Below are positions 1 to 11,245 of a DNA stretch of 64,000 nt, one piece after another. Each line of letters starts with the position of its first letter. Position 1 is the first letter of the stretch. The notes beneath the pieces were generated by a model. The model was not told the origin of the DNA. It was given only the letters and a program-made list of their open reading frames with translations, and did not search any database. Source of the stretch: an uncultured delta proteobacterium. GTDB lineage: Bacteria > Myxococcota_A > Polyangia > Polyangiales > Polyangiaceae. The stretch spans positions 1-64,000 of the forward strand of contig CAWKKR010000007.1 of assembly GCA_963850305.1 (NCBI GenBank). The letters run 5' to 3'. Position numbers and translations under genes: made by a program.

Positions 1-2357
1 GCAAGACGACGAGTCGTTCACCGGCTGCAGCGGCATGGCCCGTATTGCTAGACCGGCGTGAGCTCCTGTGTTGTGCGCGGCCTTGCCGTGAGCTCCCTCC
101 GCAGCCACTGGATCGCACTCGCTTCGTCCACGACGAAGAGGCTCAGTTGCTTCACCTCCGTCACGCTCGTGCGGCGGCGGTCGTACTCTGCTACCTGCTC
201 GGGCAGGAAGAACATCCCATCGCGTTCGGCAAAACGCTGTGCGAGCCCGGCGAAGAACAGCGGGCCGCTGATCGGTACGCTGACGCCGTGCTGCACGTGG
301 TAGGCGACCATGCGGTCGTGCAGCATCTGGGGCGTCCGCTCGGAGATGATCTCGCCCTCACTGGCGCGACCGACGAACTTCGGCACGTTGCTCAGGTGCT
401 CGCGCACGAAGGCCCACGCCGTCTCCTCGGTTGTTGTGCCGAGGACGAACTTCTTCTCGAGTGCCTCGCTGGGCTTGTACGCCGAGATGACGAGGTCCTG
501 CTTCACAGCGCTGCTTGTCACCTGTCGGTAGGATCCCTGCTGCTTGTCGAGCGTGCGTACGTCCGCGACCACGAACCCCGCGACACCCATTGCCTCCTGG
601 ATCGCGCGCCAAACACCATTACTGGAGTTGCTGAAGACGACCGTCATCCAGCGCCCAGGCTTCAGTACTCGGGAGTACTCCTCGAAGCACCGGCGCATCA
701 GCTCTTGGTACTCGTTGAGGCCCTTCTTCCTTGCTTGGTCGACGATAGCCTCAGGCGTCGCGTCGGTTCGCACGCGATGCCAGGCCTCGACCAGAAAGTT
801 TAGGTCGGCGTAGATAGATGTTCTCGCCGAAAGGAGGATCAGTGAAGACGTAGTCGATCGACTGCGAGGCCAAAGGAAGTGCCGCGCAACTGCCGGTCGT
901 GATCGCCGCGGAGGTGCCGGGAGGCTTCGTTCCGACAAATGCCTTGGTGAGCCGAGAGAGTTTTCCGTCCAGAATGTACCAGGGGCTCACCTCCACGATT
1001 TGGGAGCCGACGTAGTAGACGCCGTTCAGATACTGATTCACCTGCGAGTAGTGCGTGGGTGCATATCGAGCCAGAATCGACATTCCCCAGATAGCTTGCT
1101 CTGCGAACCAGAGCAGCATTCGACGGGTTGGGCGTCGTCCGCTTCTACGTGGCCTCCCGGCCACAACGTCGCTGAGCGCTGACCGCCGGACGAGGCAGGA
1201 AGAAGTGGTGCGCGTGGGTCACGCTGAGTCTCTAGCCGGGCGCGATTCGAGAACCGTGTGCCATTAGCGTCGATCGGGAAGGCCGCGGTCGGCAGTGCGG
1301 CCGGCGTCGGCAATCGCCCGATGCGAGCAAGCAGTGCCTCCTCGGCGGCGTTAGGCAGTTTCTCGAAGTCCCGATCGCCGACCTTGTAGTTGATCAGGAC
1401 CGGGCGGTTCGCTCGCTTCCAGGGTTCGCCCGACGCAGCATCGATCAGGGTCTCAAAAATCCGTTCGAGGTTGTCTTTGGTCGAGCTTCGCCTTGCAGGA
1501 CGGGCAGGGAAACTCGTCGCGAACGTGCTTTGTCGTCCTTGTCGAGCGCCTCGTCGACAAACACGACCTCGTGTGCGCACTCGGGGCAGCTGAACACTTC
1601 GCTCCAGACGGTGAAGTTGATACGACCCTTCTTTGCTACATCTGCGTGGTGCGTCTCATACATCCAGCCAAGTTCCTCATCGACCTATCGAGTAACTGCT
1701 GGGCACGAGAGGTGAAGGCATCCATGTCGAACGGGAGCGCATAGCCCGCGGCGATCATCGTTGCCGCTGGCGAGAGGTCATTCAGCACGGCTTGGCGGGC
1801 GCCCCATTGGGAGCTGAAAGACCCTCGCGCTTCCATTCGCTTTCGACTTCCTTGCGGTAGGCGTCGGGAGCCGCTCCGCACCACAGCGCAGCGACGCCGG
1901 TCATGCCCGAGCCGCAGAAACCATCCAGGACGATCTCGCCGGGCTTCGTGTAGTGGAGGATGGACGGGACGATGGCGAGATGCGGGACCTTGGTGTGGTA
2001 GCTGTGCGCCTTGTAGAGGGCGTCGGTCTTGCCGACACTCACGTCGATCGCGAACGGATCGCGGTGGTACGTGTCGCCGGCTTGATAGGCCTTCCCGTAG
2101 TGCGCAACAAGTTCCGTCAGAAAGGGGTTGGGGCACGCCGTGTAATAGGGAGGGTCCGACAGGCGAAGGATGTCTTCGTCCTCGCCACCGGAAATCCTTC
2201 GGTCCGACGGAAAGCTCGGATCCCTAGTTTTCTCGCGAAGCAGCGCGATGAAGTGGTCGCGCCGAGCAGCGTCGCTCTCGAACTGGTGGCCGAGACACTC
2301 CACAGGACCCGAAGCGGTCGAAGAGGCGGGGAGGTTGAGCGACTTCTGCTTTTTCAT
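1..2357 (-). CDS. pglXI: BREX type 3 DNA methyltransferase (PglXI-like), frameshifted several times, runs off the left edge
   Basis: Consecutive ORF pieces give LSDPPYYTACPNP, HSYHTKVPH, the SAM-binding VLDGFCGSGMTG, the catalytic YVFTDPPFG and TLDKQQGSYRQ. ATG at 2357 with GGAG upstream; lies downstream of brxF and DUF6079. Confidence 0.85.
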
Positions 2358-2852
2358 CCCAGTTTCTCCCTCAAGGAGCTGCGATTCTGAGTTGGATTCG
2401 TCTTGCTCCACCAGCCCCTGCAACAAGAGGAACTCGAGGGCCGACTCCAGCTGTTCGACCGAGAACCCCGTTTCCCGCTCAAGAAGCGGGAGCGCCGCGC
2501 TCGGCAACTTTGAGAGTGCGTTAAGCACAATCGCTTGCGCGAGTAGCGGGGTTGCCGGGTGGGCGGATTGTGCCACCGCTGCTTCTTGCACCACTTTGAG
2601 GAAGTGGCCAAATGACAGGTTGCCCTCGAGCGCAGTGAGGTGTCCGGCACCGTCTTCTGTGCGGTTGCGAAGGAAGACGCGGAGACAGCTGCTAGGTAGC
2701 GAGCGAGAATCTCTGCGGCCTTGAGGGTCGCGTTAACTCGTCTCCGCTGCAGTACGTGCACGAAGGACCCGGCCGCTCGCGATCGCGACGGGCGACGGGT
2801 AGACAAGGCTCGCGCGTCGAATCGGCCAGTGCTGTTGTTCCAAGCTCGTCAT
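2358..2852 (-). CDS. Hypothetical protein inside the BREX operon, frameshifted, with a C-terminal wHTH-like segment
   Basis: ATG at 2852, 6 bp after the DUF6079 stop. Reads MTSLEQQHWPIRRASLVYPSPVAIASGRVLR...LKAAEILARYLAAVS...LSFGHFLKVV...ETGFSVEQLESALEFLLLQGLVE across frames. Confidence 0.55.
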
Positions 2853-2858
2853 GCCCGC

Positions 2859-5800
2859 TCACCCCTCCAACACGATGCGGATCTTCGTGCTGTCCTTGCC
2901 CTTGTTCAACTCCGCAAGATAGGCCTCGAACCTCTCTCGAAGCTCTGAGACGGTGCAGGGACGCCACCGCGAAGCAGCGCCGCGTGAAGGTCGTCTTTCT
3001 TGAGCACGACCTTCTGAATCCAGAGAGCACCTCCTGCAGCGCCTTCACGAAAACGGTGTCGACGGGTGTCGGCAACGCGCGGCTTTTAGGAACGCGCGAA
3101 GTGCGGTCTTGCCCTTCGCATCGGTCAGCAGTTCCACGTTGCCCGTCACGGTGGGATCCTCGAGGTTGCCCAGCAAGGTCCGAGTCCACTCCTCGAGCAA
3201 GCGGTCCAGCTGGTCGTCGACGTCGTCAATCACCTTCGCGGCAGCGCCAACGGTGGTCGCCGGTTCCTCGACAGGGCGGTAGCCGCAGTGCGGGCAAAGC
3301 GGGCGGGCATCGAGGTCCTGCTTCGTCAGGCTCCAGCACGACCGCAGCGCAAGCAGGCGGTTCTCGAAGTCCGTAAGCTGTTGCGTCGGCATCATCTCCA
3401 CGCCTGCGAGCTTGCGTAGCTGGCCGAGACGAGCGTCCTTCTGGAGCTCGCCCTTCCTCTTGTCGGCGGTGGCACCAAGGCGGGCGCGGCCGTGCAGCTC
3501 GAGATACGCATCCTGGTACTGGGCCTTCAGCTCCGCGAGTCGCTGCCCGAGCCCACGCTGGAAGCTCGGATCGGCCCGATGCTTGGGGCTCGCGACCTTG
3601 GCCAGCACCTCACCTTGCGCCGTCTTCACGCCGCCGAGCCAGACGTGGTCAGCCGGCAAAACCGCCTCGGCCGTACCGAGGTACGCCGTCACCGGGTCGA
3701 CCTGCCGGACCAGCTCAACGAGATCCTCGACCGCCTTCACCAGGTCGAGGCGCTCCTGCTGGTTCGCGATGACAGCGGTATCGTGCGGGAAGTTCTTGAG
3801 CTTGCCGACCGTGTTGAACGGCGCGAGCCCCTCGAGGAACGCCTTCAGCTCGCTCAGCTGCTTTCGCCACGATTCGCGCTCCTGGTCGGAGAAGCAGCGG
3901 CTTGCCCCAGAACGCGATGCCGCTATGCAGGCTCTGCAGGGCAATCGCGATGCGCTCGGAGCGCTTGGCGACCTCGGTCTGAAGGCGCTGGATGCCCTCG
4001 TCGCGGTTCGCCGGGTTTACGATCAGCCCCTTCGGAAGGGCGAGCAGTTCGAAGAGATCCTGGATCGGGCCGAGGGGCAGGTCCGCGGGCGCTCGATGTG
4101 CTTGAAGCCGGCGAGCTCCGCGATGCTCAGCTTGGCGAACTGGTCGACCGCGCTGGCGTCCAACTTCTTCCCGGTGATGCTGACGATGAGATCGCCGCTG
4201 TGAACCAGCGACCCGAGGACGACCGCAAGGAACTCGGGCTCGAGTCGAAAGCGAGTCCAGTACTCGATCCCTGCGACGTCATCGATGAACTCCGAGCGGT
4301 TCGCGACCTGGCCGTTGCCCTTCTGCGAAAGGACCTCCAACACGTGCTTCGCGTAGCGGGACTTCCTCGGCTTCAGCTGCTCGCCGTCGAGTAGCTCGAG
4401 CGCGTCAAGAACCGCGGTGCCCTGCTTGCTCTTGACGCCACCGGCGAGCCACCGCAGCCCATCCTGGGCGGCCAGAGCGCGGTTCTCCTTCGTGACGAGA
4501 ACGCTGAACACCGGGTAGTCGGGGCTCTGGTTCTCGAAGTGGGGGCCGAGGCAGATGGACGCTGCTGCGTTGACCAGGTCGCGCACTGAGTTGCGCCCTG
4601 CGGCGACCGAGGCCTTCCCATGGAGCACTTCCGCGAGTGGCTTCGAGCGCCCTTGGTAGGTCACCTCGAGCGACGTGACGATGTGCTCGCGAAGCCAGGT
4701 GGTGAGCGTGCGGAGATGGTCCGCAGCCTTGTCCTCGTAGATCTTCTTGTTCGCTCCAGAAGCGTTCGTCGCCTGCTCGCGCGCTCCGGCATACAGCTTC
4801 AGCGCAGTGTCGAACGCGGCGTCACGATGCTTCAGCTTGAGGAACACCTCGTCGCTGCGCTTCTCGTCCTTGAAATACGGGGGCTCGAAGGGCTGCAGAG
4901 CAAATAGGTAGAAGTCCCTCTGCGGCGTCACCGTTGAGCGCTCATTGGGCGCTCCGAAGAATAGGTACCCGCTGCGCCCGACCTTGCGCTCCCTCCACTC
5001 CACCTCGTGCTCCCAGACGCGATAGCCCGTGACGTAGGTCTGGTCCGCGCACTCCATGACGCGCGTGAGCGCGTCGAAGTAGTAGCGGTCGAGCAGGTCG
5101 CCGCCGAGGCCCTCGGCCTTCTTCTCAATGAGCGAGTCGAAGTCGACGTCCTTCTTGACGTCGAGGTAGTACTGGCCGTTCTCCTTGTTGAAGGTGATGA
5201 ACTGGCCGCTGACGGTCTTGAGGATTTCCTTGAGGACGGTCTCGACCATCGTCTTCAGGAACTCGGCGTCCCGCTCCGGCATCGGGAGGATGAGGCACAG
5301 GTCGTCGCGCAGTTCCTCTGCCGTGGCGCCGATGGGCGCGTAGATGTCGCCGGTCGTGAGGCGGTGGACCGAGAGCGCGTGCACGATGCGCAGCGCAGCG
5401 GGCCGATACTGCGGGCGGGTGAACGCCTGCTGGATGCGCCCCTCGAGCACCTCGCTCTTCTGCACCACCTCGCTGATCTCGGGGATGGCGCGGAAAGACG
5501 GGTTGTCCTTCAGGAACGGCCAGTAGGAGTCGTAGGCGATCAGGCCGGGCTGATCGGTCGGCACGTCCTGCTCGACGAGGCGCCGAATCGCCGCGCTGAG
5601 GGTCTTGAGGACCTCGCGCTTCTCGGCGACGAACACGCGCTCGAACGTCTCGAGGTAGGCCGGATGGACCGGGAACAGTCGCACGAACTCGTCGAGCCGC
5701 TCGTTCATCGAGCCGTAGAGCGGCGCGAACGTCTGGAGGTGCTCACGGACCAGCGCCTGCTGCTTCGCGTCCTTCTTGAGCAAGCGCTCCGAGACGACGT

Positions 5801-6558
5801 AGGCGACGTCTTCGCGCGCGATGCGCACCTGCTCGAAGCGGTCCTTCACGCGCCGCAATGTCTCGGCCACGAACTGAAAGCGCGTGCTGTCGAAGAGGCT
5901 CTCCTGGACGCCCGACAAGAACCGGAAGCGCGTGCCTCGACAGATCTCGCCGACCTCGCGCAGGAAGTTCAGATCGAGAATGAGCGCCTGCTCCTTGCGG
6001 GTTCGGAGATAGTCGAGCAGCTCGTCGATGACGAACAGCAGTCCCTGCGTTCGGGTAGACCTGCTGGAACGCCGCCATCATCTCGTGGAAAGCGTCCTTG
6101 TTGTTCGAGACCTCGGACGAGCTCGGAAAGCGGTACGAAACGCCGAGCGTCGCGAGGTGCTCCTCGAGCTCGCCACACACGATGTCGCGAAGGGACATCT
6201 CCGTGGAGCCGATCTCGGCGCGCACGACCTTGAACCGACCCGCGACCGCTGAAGCCTTGTCGGCGACGGTCGGGTTCGTCAACGTTTTGGCGAGCTCGGC
6301 GTGCTCGGCGACCGCTGAGATCGCCGCCATGAGGTGCGACTTACCGGTGCCGTAGTTGCCGACGACCAGGAGGCCCTTGTTGTCGCTGGGCTTGTCGAAC
6401 TGAAGCTGCGCGAAGACCAGGTCGACGAGCTGCTCGACCATCCGGTCCGAGATGACGAACGTCGTCACCAGTCGACGTGCCTCCGCCGCGGCATCAGCTT
6501 CGCGCAGCTGGACCACGGACTCGATCGGTTCGAAGTGGATGAGGTCGGCGTATCGCAT
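2859..6558 (-). CDS. brxC: DUF6079 family P-loop ATPase (BREX type 3 BrxC-like), frameshifted
   Basis: Starts [18 protein letters not shown], has Walker [18 protein letters not shown] and a C-terminal LCPHCGYRP, and ends KIRIVLEG* at 2859. Split over several ORFs. Confidence 0.88.
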
Positions 6559-6570
6559 GGGTTCCTTGGG

Positions 6571-7082
6571 TCAGCTCTGGGCTTGGGCGCGCGGGTCTCG
6601 AGGAGGCAGCGTCGCCCGTGCAGCGAGAGCCAGAGCGTGTCGAGCTCCGGGTACCGTCGGTACTCGGGGTGGCCAGGCTCGGCGTAGGTCAGCTGCGGCC
6701 GACCATCACGCCTGGCCACGACGCCACGACCGTGCGGTTGCGGGCAAGCCCCTGAAGTAGCCTCAACGGGTCCTGCGAGAGATCTAGGGCTGAACAGCAG
6801 CTCGAGGTTGTCGATGACCACGACGTCCGCGTCGGCGGAGGCGACGACGCCATCGACAAGGCGAGGAACCCGAAGGGCGCGCTGTCGTTGCGTGAGTTCC
6901 AGCAACAGCTCGCTGACGCGCTGGTTCAGGTTGATGAGGGGCCAGCTGTTTGCGGCGGCGGTGGCCTGTAGCAATCGCGTCTTTCCACTGCGCGCCGGCC
7001 CCACGACGAGCACAAGGCGATGGTAGAGGGCCGCGGCGGTCTCGCAGAGTGCGCTCAGGTCTTTCGACGTGGCCGCGGTCAC
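6571..7082 (-). CDS. brxF: BREX-3 P-loop protein BrxF, frameshifted
   Basis: YHRLVLVVGPARSGKT, INLNQRVSELLL, VIDNLELLF, LTYAEPGHPEYRRY. GTG start with AGGAG RBS; directly upstream of DUF6079. Confidence 0.88.
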
Positions 7083-8184
7083 TTTGTGCCTATCGCTCCT
7101 GAAATCCCGAAAGGAGTGCCCGGAACCGCACAGTACGGCTGGTTCAACGTCCCAAAACCCCCGCGAGATACTTCTCGCTCGCCTGGGAGTTGATGCTCGA
7201 ATCGACTCAGGCTGTTCGTGAACTCGAAGTCCGCCGGGCGCCGCGCCTGTTGCCGCGGGCGCTCTGCTCCGTACGCAGAGACGTCCACCCGCGACCAATA
7301 GTCGCGGAACAGCCCATCCGATTCCGAACTCGACCAGCCTTCCGACATGAGAGCCGCTGAGGGTACACTGGGGACCCCACGCAAACATGGGTTTTCCCGC
7401 GTCGGGTCGTGTTTTCCGCAACGGCGTCAGAGCCCGGCGCGCCCATAGCGCGCGCCGGCTGGCTCCGCCGGACGACCGATGATTCTGTTCATCAGGACGC
7501 GGAAAACTCCGGCAAACCTTGTGGCTCGAAGCCGTCCCGTCCGCGGAGAGCGCGCCCGCGCCAGGGCTGACGGCCCTTTCCCCCACCACCCAGTGCTCGA
7601 CGACCGTACATGGGACGAGATTGCCCAACTCGCCTCAGTCGACGCGCACCGCGCGGCGCGCGCGCGGTCGTTGCCCGTGATGGCTGGAGCGAGCCCCGAT
7701 AACGCGCTGCTTTCGGCTGATGTGGCGTCCGGCGGCGTGACACGCGCACGCTCCGAGACTTCGCTGTTCAACGCAGCTCGGGGAGCTGTCCAGGACGGAC
7801 CGCCACTTCAGGAGATGGCTTGCAAACGCCTTGCTCAACGGGTCGTCGAAGCGAGCGACGTACGCAGCGAACTGAGAGAAGTCGATGGCGCACACGCCCT
7901 CGGTGGAAAGGTCAGAGCATCTCCGGGAAGCGAGAACAAGCCAAGGGGCTGCTACTGACAACCCGACGAAGGGGTGAACGTGCCTTGCCTGGTCTTCCGC
8001 GCAGGAATATGCCCGCCAACCATACCTCCGTTCACCCCCGGATACTCCCTGTCATCCAGCTCCCCGCCCCAGCGCCGTACCTGCGAACAGATTGTCGGCG
8101 ATGCGATCCACCACGCCCCGCAGTTCCGGCTTGAGGCCGCCGCGGCGGCAAGCACGCGGTGCCGTGCATGACCGAGAAGTACGA

Positions 8185-8454
8185 CTAACCGCCCCCCAGC
8201 GTTCCGACGAACGCTTCCCGCTCGGCATCCGTCTCGAACACATGCACGAGCACCGCGTCCACTCGGTCATCCTCGTCGAGCAGATTCGCCAACGTGCCCT
8301 GGTCAACGATCACCGACGGCTTGCCGTCGAACCGCGCGAGCATGACCACGTAGCCTTCGCCCCCGTTGTGCTCGGCCACGTCCGCTACCCGAGTCTCGAT
8401 CGCAGACCACGACGCGAATGAAAGGCGTTTCATCGACATTGGCCTTGGCAGCAC
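8185..8454 (-). CDS. Small hypothetical protein
   Basis: Globular-looking acidic ORF (VIVDQGTLANLLDEDD...FETDAEREAFV); start uncertain. Confidence 0.5.
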   Translation of the reverse strand: MLPRPMSMKRLSFASWSAIETRVADVAEHNGGEGYVVMLARFDGKPSVIVDQGTLANLLDEDDRVDAVLVHVFETDAEREAFVGTLGGG

Positions 8455-8618
8455 GGCTGCTTCAGGAGGGACGCGGGCTGTGCACGACGGGGAGCGATTC
8501 TCATGGGCATTGGGTAGCTCGACGTCTCACAGCTACGGAGCCGCCGCTACCTACGGGCATGACATTCCCTGTCCGTCCTTTCCTTGCGCGCCGAGCGCCC
8601 CTCCAGCATCGTGATCTC

Positions 8619-8933
8619 ATGCCCCAGCCGAGTGCACCGCTCGATTTCGACCTCCTCGACCGAGCACGACTCGAGGAACGCGCCTGCGGGAGCCTCACGA
8701 CCGGTGACTTCCGTTCGGGGCTCGCCCCACTCTGCCGCTTGCTCCTCACTCTGGAGCCGCAGGACCCGGAGCGCGGCGTCGTGCTCGCCTGCCTCACAGT
8801 CGTCTACTCGCGCACGGGCCGCACTGCGGACGCCGACCGCGCCCTCCGCAGTGCGGAGAGTGCAGCGCGGGGCGCGCGGGCGATCGGTGCGCTGCGGATT
8901 GCGCAGGCGGAGCTGCAACGGCGCCGGAGCTGA
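8619..8933 (+). CDS. Small helical TPR-like hypothetical protein
   Basis: LACLTVVYSRTGRTADADRAL resembles a TPR helix pair; stop is 5 bp before the rhomboid ATG. Confidence 0.5.
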   Translation: MPQPSAPLDFDLLDRARLEERACGSLTTGDFRSGLAPLCRLLLTLEPQDPERGVVLACLTVVYSRTGRTADADRALRSAESAARGARAIGALRIAQAELQRRRS

Positions 8934-8938
8934 TCGGT

Positions 8939-9535
8939 ATGAAGCGCCGCGCCCGAGCCCCGCTGCCGCTCGCGACGTTCGCTCTGGCGACCGCGATTCT
9001 CGCGGTCTACGGCGTCGAGCTCGCGGGCGATGGACAAGCGCTCTGCGCGACCTACGGCCTGGTGCCGGCGCACCCGAGCTTCGGCACGGCGCTCGCGAGC
9101 CTGTTCCTCCACGACCCCACGGGGCTCGCGCACATCGGCGGCAACCTGGTGGTCCTCATCCTGATCGGCTCGCGCCTCGAGCGCATGATCGGCTCGACGC
9201 GGTTCGCAGCCCTCTATTTCGCCGGGGGGCTCGCCGGCGCGGCGTTGCACATCGTCGTCGACCCGAGCTCGTCGGCGCCACTCGTGGGTTGTTCCGGCGC
9301 GCTCTTCGCCGTCCTCGCCGTCGCAGCGGTGCTCTTCGGCCCGGCGATGCTCGTGTTCACCTCGCTCCTCGTCGCGGCCAACGTCTGGCATGCGTTCGGC
9401 GGCCCGGGCGAGGTGGCCGTATCATTCGGTTGCCACATCGGTGGTTTCGCTGCCGGAACCGCCGTTGTCCTGCTGTGGCGCGTGCGCGATGTCGACTGGC
9501 GCGAGGGAACGCGAGCGGCACGGGTCGCTGCGTAG
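8939..9535 (+). CDS. Rhomboid family intramembrane serine protease
   Basis: Several hydrophobic segments, FLH...HIGGN, catalytic GCSG and CHIGG motifs. Confidence 0.9.
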   Translation: MKRRARAPLPLATFALATAILAVYGVELAGDGQALCATYGLVPAHPSFGTALASLFLHDPTGLAHIGGNLVVLILIGSRLERMIGSTRFAALYFAGGLAGAALHIVVDPSSSAPLVGCSGALFAVLAVAAVLFGPAMLVFTSLLVAANVWHAFGGPGEVAVSFGCHIGGFAAGTAVVLLWRVRDVDWREGTRAARVAA

Positions 9536-9610
9536 CGGGTTCTTTCGACGCCGGACGTTCCCTGTCCCCCCTCCCCTTGTTCCGCGCTCCGCATCCGTAC
9601 AAGTTGAAGT

Positions 9611-11128
9611 ATGGGGTCGATCGACACGCCTGAGGCGCCGCGACGCATCTGCCGGTCGTCGGCCTCTCCAAGTCCCGCTACACCGTGGGGCTTCAGTGCC
9701 ATCGGCTGCTCTGGTGGACCGTGCACGAGCGCAACGCGCCGGAGCTCGTGGTCGGTCCGGACCTTCAGGCCATCTTCGACCAGGGCAATCGCGTCGGTGA
9801 GGTGGCGCGCGAGCGCTTTCCGGGCGGGGTGCTCGATCGATCTCGAGCACTGGAAGGTCAGTGAGCGCATCGAAGCCACGGCAGCGGCGCTCGCGCGCGG
9901 GGGCCCCGTCGTGTACGAGGCGTCGTTCAGCGCGGACGATGTGTTCGTCGCCGTCGACGTGCTGCATCGTGCGCCCGGCGAGCGACGGGTGGACCGTCAC
10001 GGAGGTCAAGTCGACCAACTCCGTGAAGGAGGAGCACGTGCTGGACGTCGCGCGTGCAGGCGCATGTCGTGCGTGCGGCGGGCCTTCCCGTGTCGCGCGT
10101 CGAGATCATGCACCTGAACCGGCGAGTGCCGGCACCCGGACCTCTCGAACCTCTTCGTCCGCGACCGACGTCACGCGACGGTGAAGGAATCCGTCGCCGA
10201 CATCCCTCGCGAGGTGAAGAAACAGCTTCGGATGCTTGCGAACGCGAGCCGCCCGCGGTTGCACCCGGCCCGCACTGCTTCGAGCCCCGGGAGTGTCCGT
10301 TCACGGGGCGCTGCTGGCCACGCGCCGCCCGAGCACGCCATCGGCACCCTCTCGCGAGCGCAAAGAAGCGCGCGGCGCTCGTCGACGAGGGCTACCAGAC
10401 GATCTCGATCTCACGGAGGACGTGTCCCTGACCGGCGTCGCGGATCGCCAGCGACGAGCGGTGCAGACCGGGAGCGTCGTGGTGGAGACGGGCCTGGCCG
10501 ACGCCCTCGCCGCGCTCGCGTCACCCGTCGCGCACCTCGACTTCGAGACCGTCGGCCCTGCGATCCCCGTGTGGCCAGGCTGCGCGCCTTACTCGCAGGT
10601 GCCCGTGCAGTTCAGCGTGCGCATCGAGGGCCAGCGTGGCGAGCCCACGGAAGAGATCGGATGGCTCGCGGACGGTCCGCCGATCCGCGGCCCGCGCTGG
10701 CGCGAGCCCTCGTCGACGCGCTACGCGGCACGGGCTCCGTCATCGTTTACAGCGTTGGTTCGAGAGCGACCCGTCTTCGCGAGCTGGCCGTGCGGTGCCG
10801 GAGTTCGCCGACGACCTTCTCGCCATCGAAGCGCGCCTCGTCGATCTGCTCCGCGTCATGCGCGCAAACGTCTACCACCCCGACTTCGGCGGCAGCTTCA
10901 GCTTGAAGACCGTCGCGCCGGCGCTCGTGCCGGGATTCACGTACGCGGATCTGGACGTGGGGGACGGAGGCGCGGCGAGTACGGCGCTGGAAGCGCTCAT
11001 CGTGGACGGGAAGCCGAAGGACGACGGCGCGCGGGCGGAGCTGCAGACGGACACTGCTTGCGTATTGTGCGCGGGATACGCTGGGGACGGTGGGGGTGCT
11101 GAGGAGTTTGCGAACGCTGGGAGGATAG
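9611..11128 (+). CDS. DUF2779-containing nuclease (Cas4-like PD-(D/E)XK N-terminus plus RNase H-like C-terminus), heavily frameshifted
   Basis: Pieces read LSKSRYTVGLQCHRLLWW, FDQGNRVGEVAR, VDVL...EVKS, GPHCFEPRECPFTGRCW, HLDFET, YSQVPVQFS, YHPDFGGSFSLK and YCARDT; stop at 11126-11128. Confidence 0.85.
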
Positions 11129-11245
11129 ATCGCGACTCACAGCGCTCGTCACGATGGTCGTCAGGCACGAGATCGGAGTACGATTCGGATGGGCGAGCCA
11201 TATGGCGCGACTGATTGCGAACTACCGTGACGAGGGATTGATCTG

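Noticed and set aside
7090..8170. Possible gene or regulator (such as a WYL/BrxR protein) upstream of brxF
   Set aside because: No recognisable motif in any frame. It may be a degraded or frameshifted gene, but I cannot support a call.
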